The notes beneath the pieces are model-generated. The model was not told where the DNA came from. It did not search any database and saw only the letters and a program-made list of their open reading frames with translations. DNA of 64,000 nucleotides from Camelus dromedarius (lineage: Eukaryota), in contig NC_087436.1 of assembly GCF_036321535.1 (NCBI RefSeq), forward strand, positions 20,524,001 through 20,588,000, in the 5' to 3' direction. Each line of letters begins with the position of its first letter. The stretch's first letter is position 1. This document shows, piece after piece, positions 61,884 to 64,000 of the stretch. The position numbers and the translations under genes were made by a program.

Positions 61884-62304
61884 TGGGAGTGCCTGTCTGA
61901 ATCAGCTCAGAGCCAAAGGCTCTAAATGAGAGTTAGTGTTCTGTGGTTGGCAACATTAATCCTACTCCCAACCGTTCGTAATTTGATCTACAAGGGAGAA
62001 GACAAGGAAAACAATAACAAAACCAAACAAAGACAGTGCACATCAGTTCTGCCTTAGTTCAGGCTGCTATCACCGAGATATCACAGACTGGGTGGCTTCT
62101 AAACAACAGACATTTTTCTCTCTGTTCTAGACAGTTCTGAAGTCAAGGCTGTTCTCCAGATAGTTCTGGAGGCTAGAAGTCCAAGATCGAGGTGCCAGAA
62201 GGGGTGGGTTTTGGTAAGAGCTCTCTCTAGGGTTACGGACTGGCTGACTTCTTGTACCTTCACACGGTGGAGAGCAGAGAGGAGGAAAACTCTCTTGAGA
62301 TGCT

Positions 62305-62683
62305 GCTGCTTATTTTTTTAGTTGAAGTACAGTCAGTTATGTGTCAATTTATGGTGTACAGCACAATGTCCCAATTATGCATATTCATACATATATTTAT
62401 TTTCATAGTCTTTTTTTATTAAAGGTTATTATAAGATACTGAACATAGTTCCCTGTGCTATACAGGAGAAACTTTTTAAAATCTATTTTTATATATAGTG
62501 TCTGCAAATCTCAAACTCCCAAATTTATCCCTTCCCACCCCCTTTCCCTGGTAACCATAAGATTGTTTACTGTGTCTGCAAGTCTGTTTCTGTTTTATGG
62601 ATGAGTTCATAGTGTCCTGTCTTGTCTTTCTTTTTCTTTCTTTCCTCTTTTTCTTTTCTTTTCTTTTCTTTCCTTTTCTTTTT

Positions 62684-62775
<92 letters not shown>

Positions 62776-63192
62776 TTTCTTTCCTTCCTTCCTTCCTTCC
62801 TTCCTTCCTTCCTTCCTTCCTTCCTTCCTTCCTTCCTTCCTTTCTTTTTAGATTCTACATATGAGTGATTATCATATTGTATTTTTCTTTCTCTTTCTGT
62901 ATTACTTCACTTAGAATAATGATCTCTAGATCCATCCATGTTGTTGCAAATGGCATTGTTTTATTCTTTTTATGGCTGAGTAGTATTCCATTGTATAAAT
63001 ATACCACAACTTATTTACCTAGTCATCTGTTGATGGACATTTCGGTTGTTTCCATGTCTTGGCTATTGTATATAGTGCTGCTAAGAACATTGGGGTGCAT
63101 GTATCTTTTTGAATTAGAGGTCCCTCTGAGTATATACCCAGAAGTGGGATTGCTGGAACATATGGTAAATCTATTTTTAGTTTTTTGAGGAA
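62305..63192 (-). mobile_element. Camelid-type L1, 5'-truncated
   Basis: ORF 63019-63231 reads FLKKLKIDLPYVPAIPLLGIY...DTCTPMFLAALYTIAKTWKQPKCPSTD. Perfect TSD ctcttgagatgct (62292-62304 / 63193-63205). Confidence 0.95.
62625..62849. repeat. Compound pure-pyrimidine microsatellite including (TTTC)23 and (TTCC)15
   Basis: 225 nt with no purine; TTTC at 62682-62773 and TTCC at 62781-62840. Confidence 0.95.
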
Positions 63193-63554
63193 CTCTTGAG
63201 ATGCTTCTAAGAGCACTAAAATCCCATTCATGGAGGCTTTACCCTCATGAATTCATCTAATCCTAATTACATTTTAAAGGCCCGACCTCCTAATACTATC
63301 ACATTGGGAGGCAGAGTTATAACATATGTTTGGGTGAGGGGGGTGCAGAGACAAACATTCAGTCTATAACAAACTCCATGTAAAATTTTTTTTAACTAAT
63401 TAAAGTGATTTGAACCAATTTTTTCTCTGCACCCCATCAATAATTTGGCCTTGAGAGAAATGGAACTATGAGTTCTCTCATTCTGACACCAATGGTAATA
63501 GCACCTACATCAATCTGACATGTCTCTACCATGCAGAGCTTGGCCAGCCTAGTA

Positions 63555-63680
63555 TGAGAGCATCAGACCCTTTTCCCTCTCCACAAGAAGAGCACCGTGT
63601 CTATCTTGCTCACACCCCAGCCTCCAGGGTGATGCTGAGCATGTGGTGGGCCCTCAATAAGTACATACTGAGGGGATGAT
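63555..63680 (+). mobile_element. L2 3' end
   Basis: accgtgtctatcttgctcacaccccagcctccagggtgatgctgagcatgtggtgggccctcaataagt. Confidence 0.65.
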
Positions 63681-64000
63681 GGAACCAAGATGGATTTGCA
63701 CTGGGTGTGTCTTTTCCGGCTGGCTCCTAGTTACCAAATGGTTGACGGCTCAGTCGATTTCTAGTCTACTGCCCACTTTATATTTTGTGGTAGAATTTTA
63801 GTCATAACCACCATTGGTCATGAAAAATGCAATCTTGGCACTCCTCTGAGATCCTAAGAAAACTTTCAATTGCATATTAGAGATTCCATGCTGGATAACA
63901 GTGGCTTTCTTAGGCTGAATTATTCATATGGTTAGTTGGAAAGGTCTGCACACTAAACCTGGGTGATTTTCATCTTCTGATTTAGGGGTGGGATTTGTAG

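Larger units (their letters stand above)
62050..63371 (-). mobile_element. MLT1A-type MaLR solo LTR split by an L1
   Basis: tgccttagttcaggctgctat...agttctggaggctagaagtccaagatcgaggtgccag on the left; ctcctaatactatcacattggg...acaaacattcagtctataaca on the right. Confidence 0.9.

Overview
This is AT-rich, CpG-poor mammalian genomic DNA, very probably camelid (alpaca, vicuna, llama or camel). The inference rests on two copies of a tRNA-derived vic-1-type SINE and on young L1 3' tails with camelid-type sequence. I find no protein-coding exon, RNA gene, CpG island or CRISPR array, so the window reads as intergenic or deep-intronic. The only ORF-track peptides I recognise are decayed L1 ORF1/ORF2 fragments. 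Roughly half the window is transposon-derived: L1 of several ages, L2, MIR, MaLR/ERVL/ERV1 LTRs, and hAT and Tigger elements. Notable structures are a two-LTR ERVL provirus fossil with gag, protease and RT remnants (about 52.6-59.5 kb), an LTR-int-LTR MaLR element (44.5-47.6 kb), a compound double L1 tail inside one TSD, and three independent L1s truncated within about 35 nt of each other. Repeat-poor stretches carry candidate enhancer motif clusters (MEIS-HOX/PBX, GATA, T-box/HOX13, SOX/POU) and one CpG-rich bistable hairpin. I see no convincing new biological system. Subfamily names are from recall of consensus sequences, not a search, and boundaries without a TSD are approximate.
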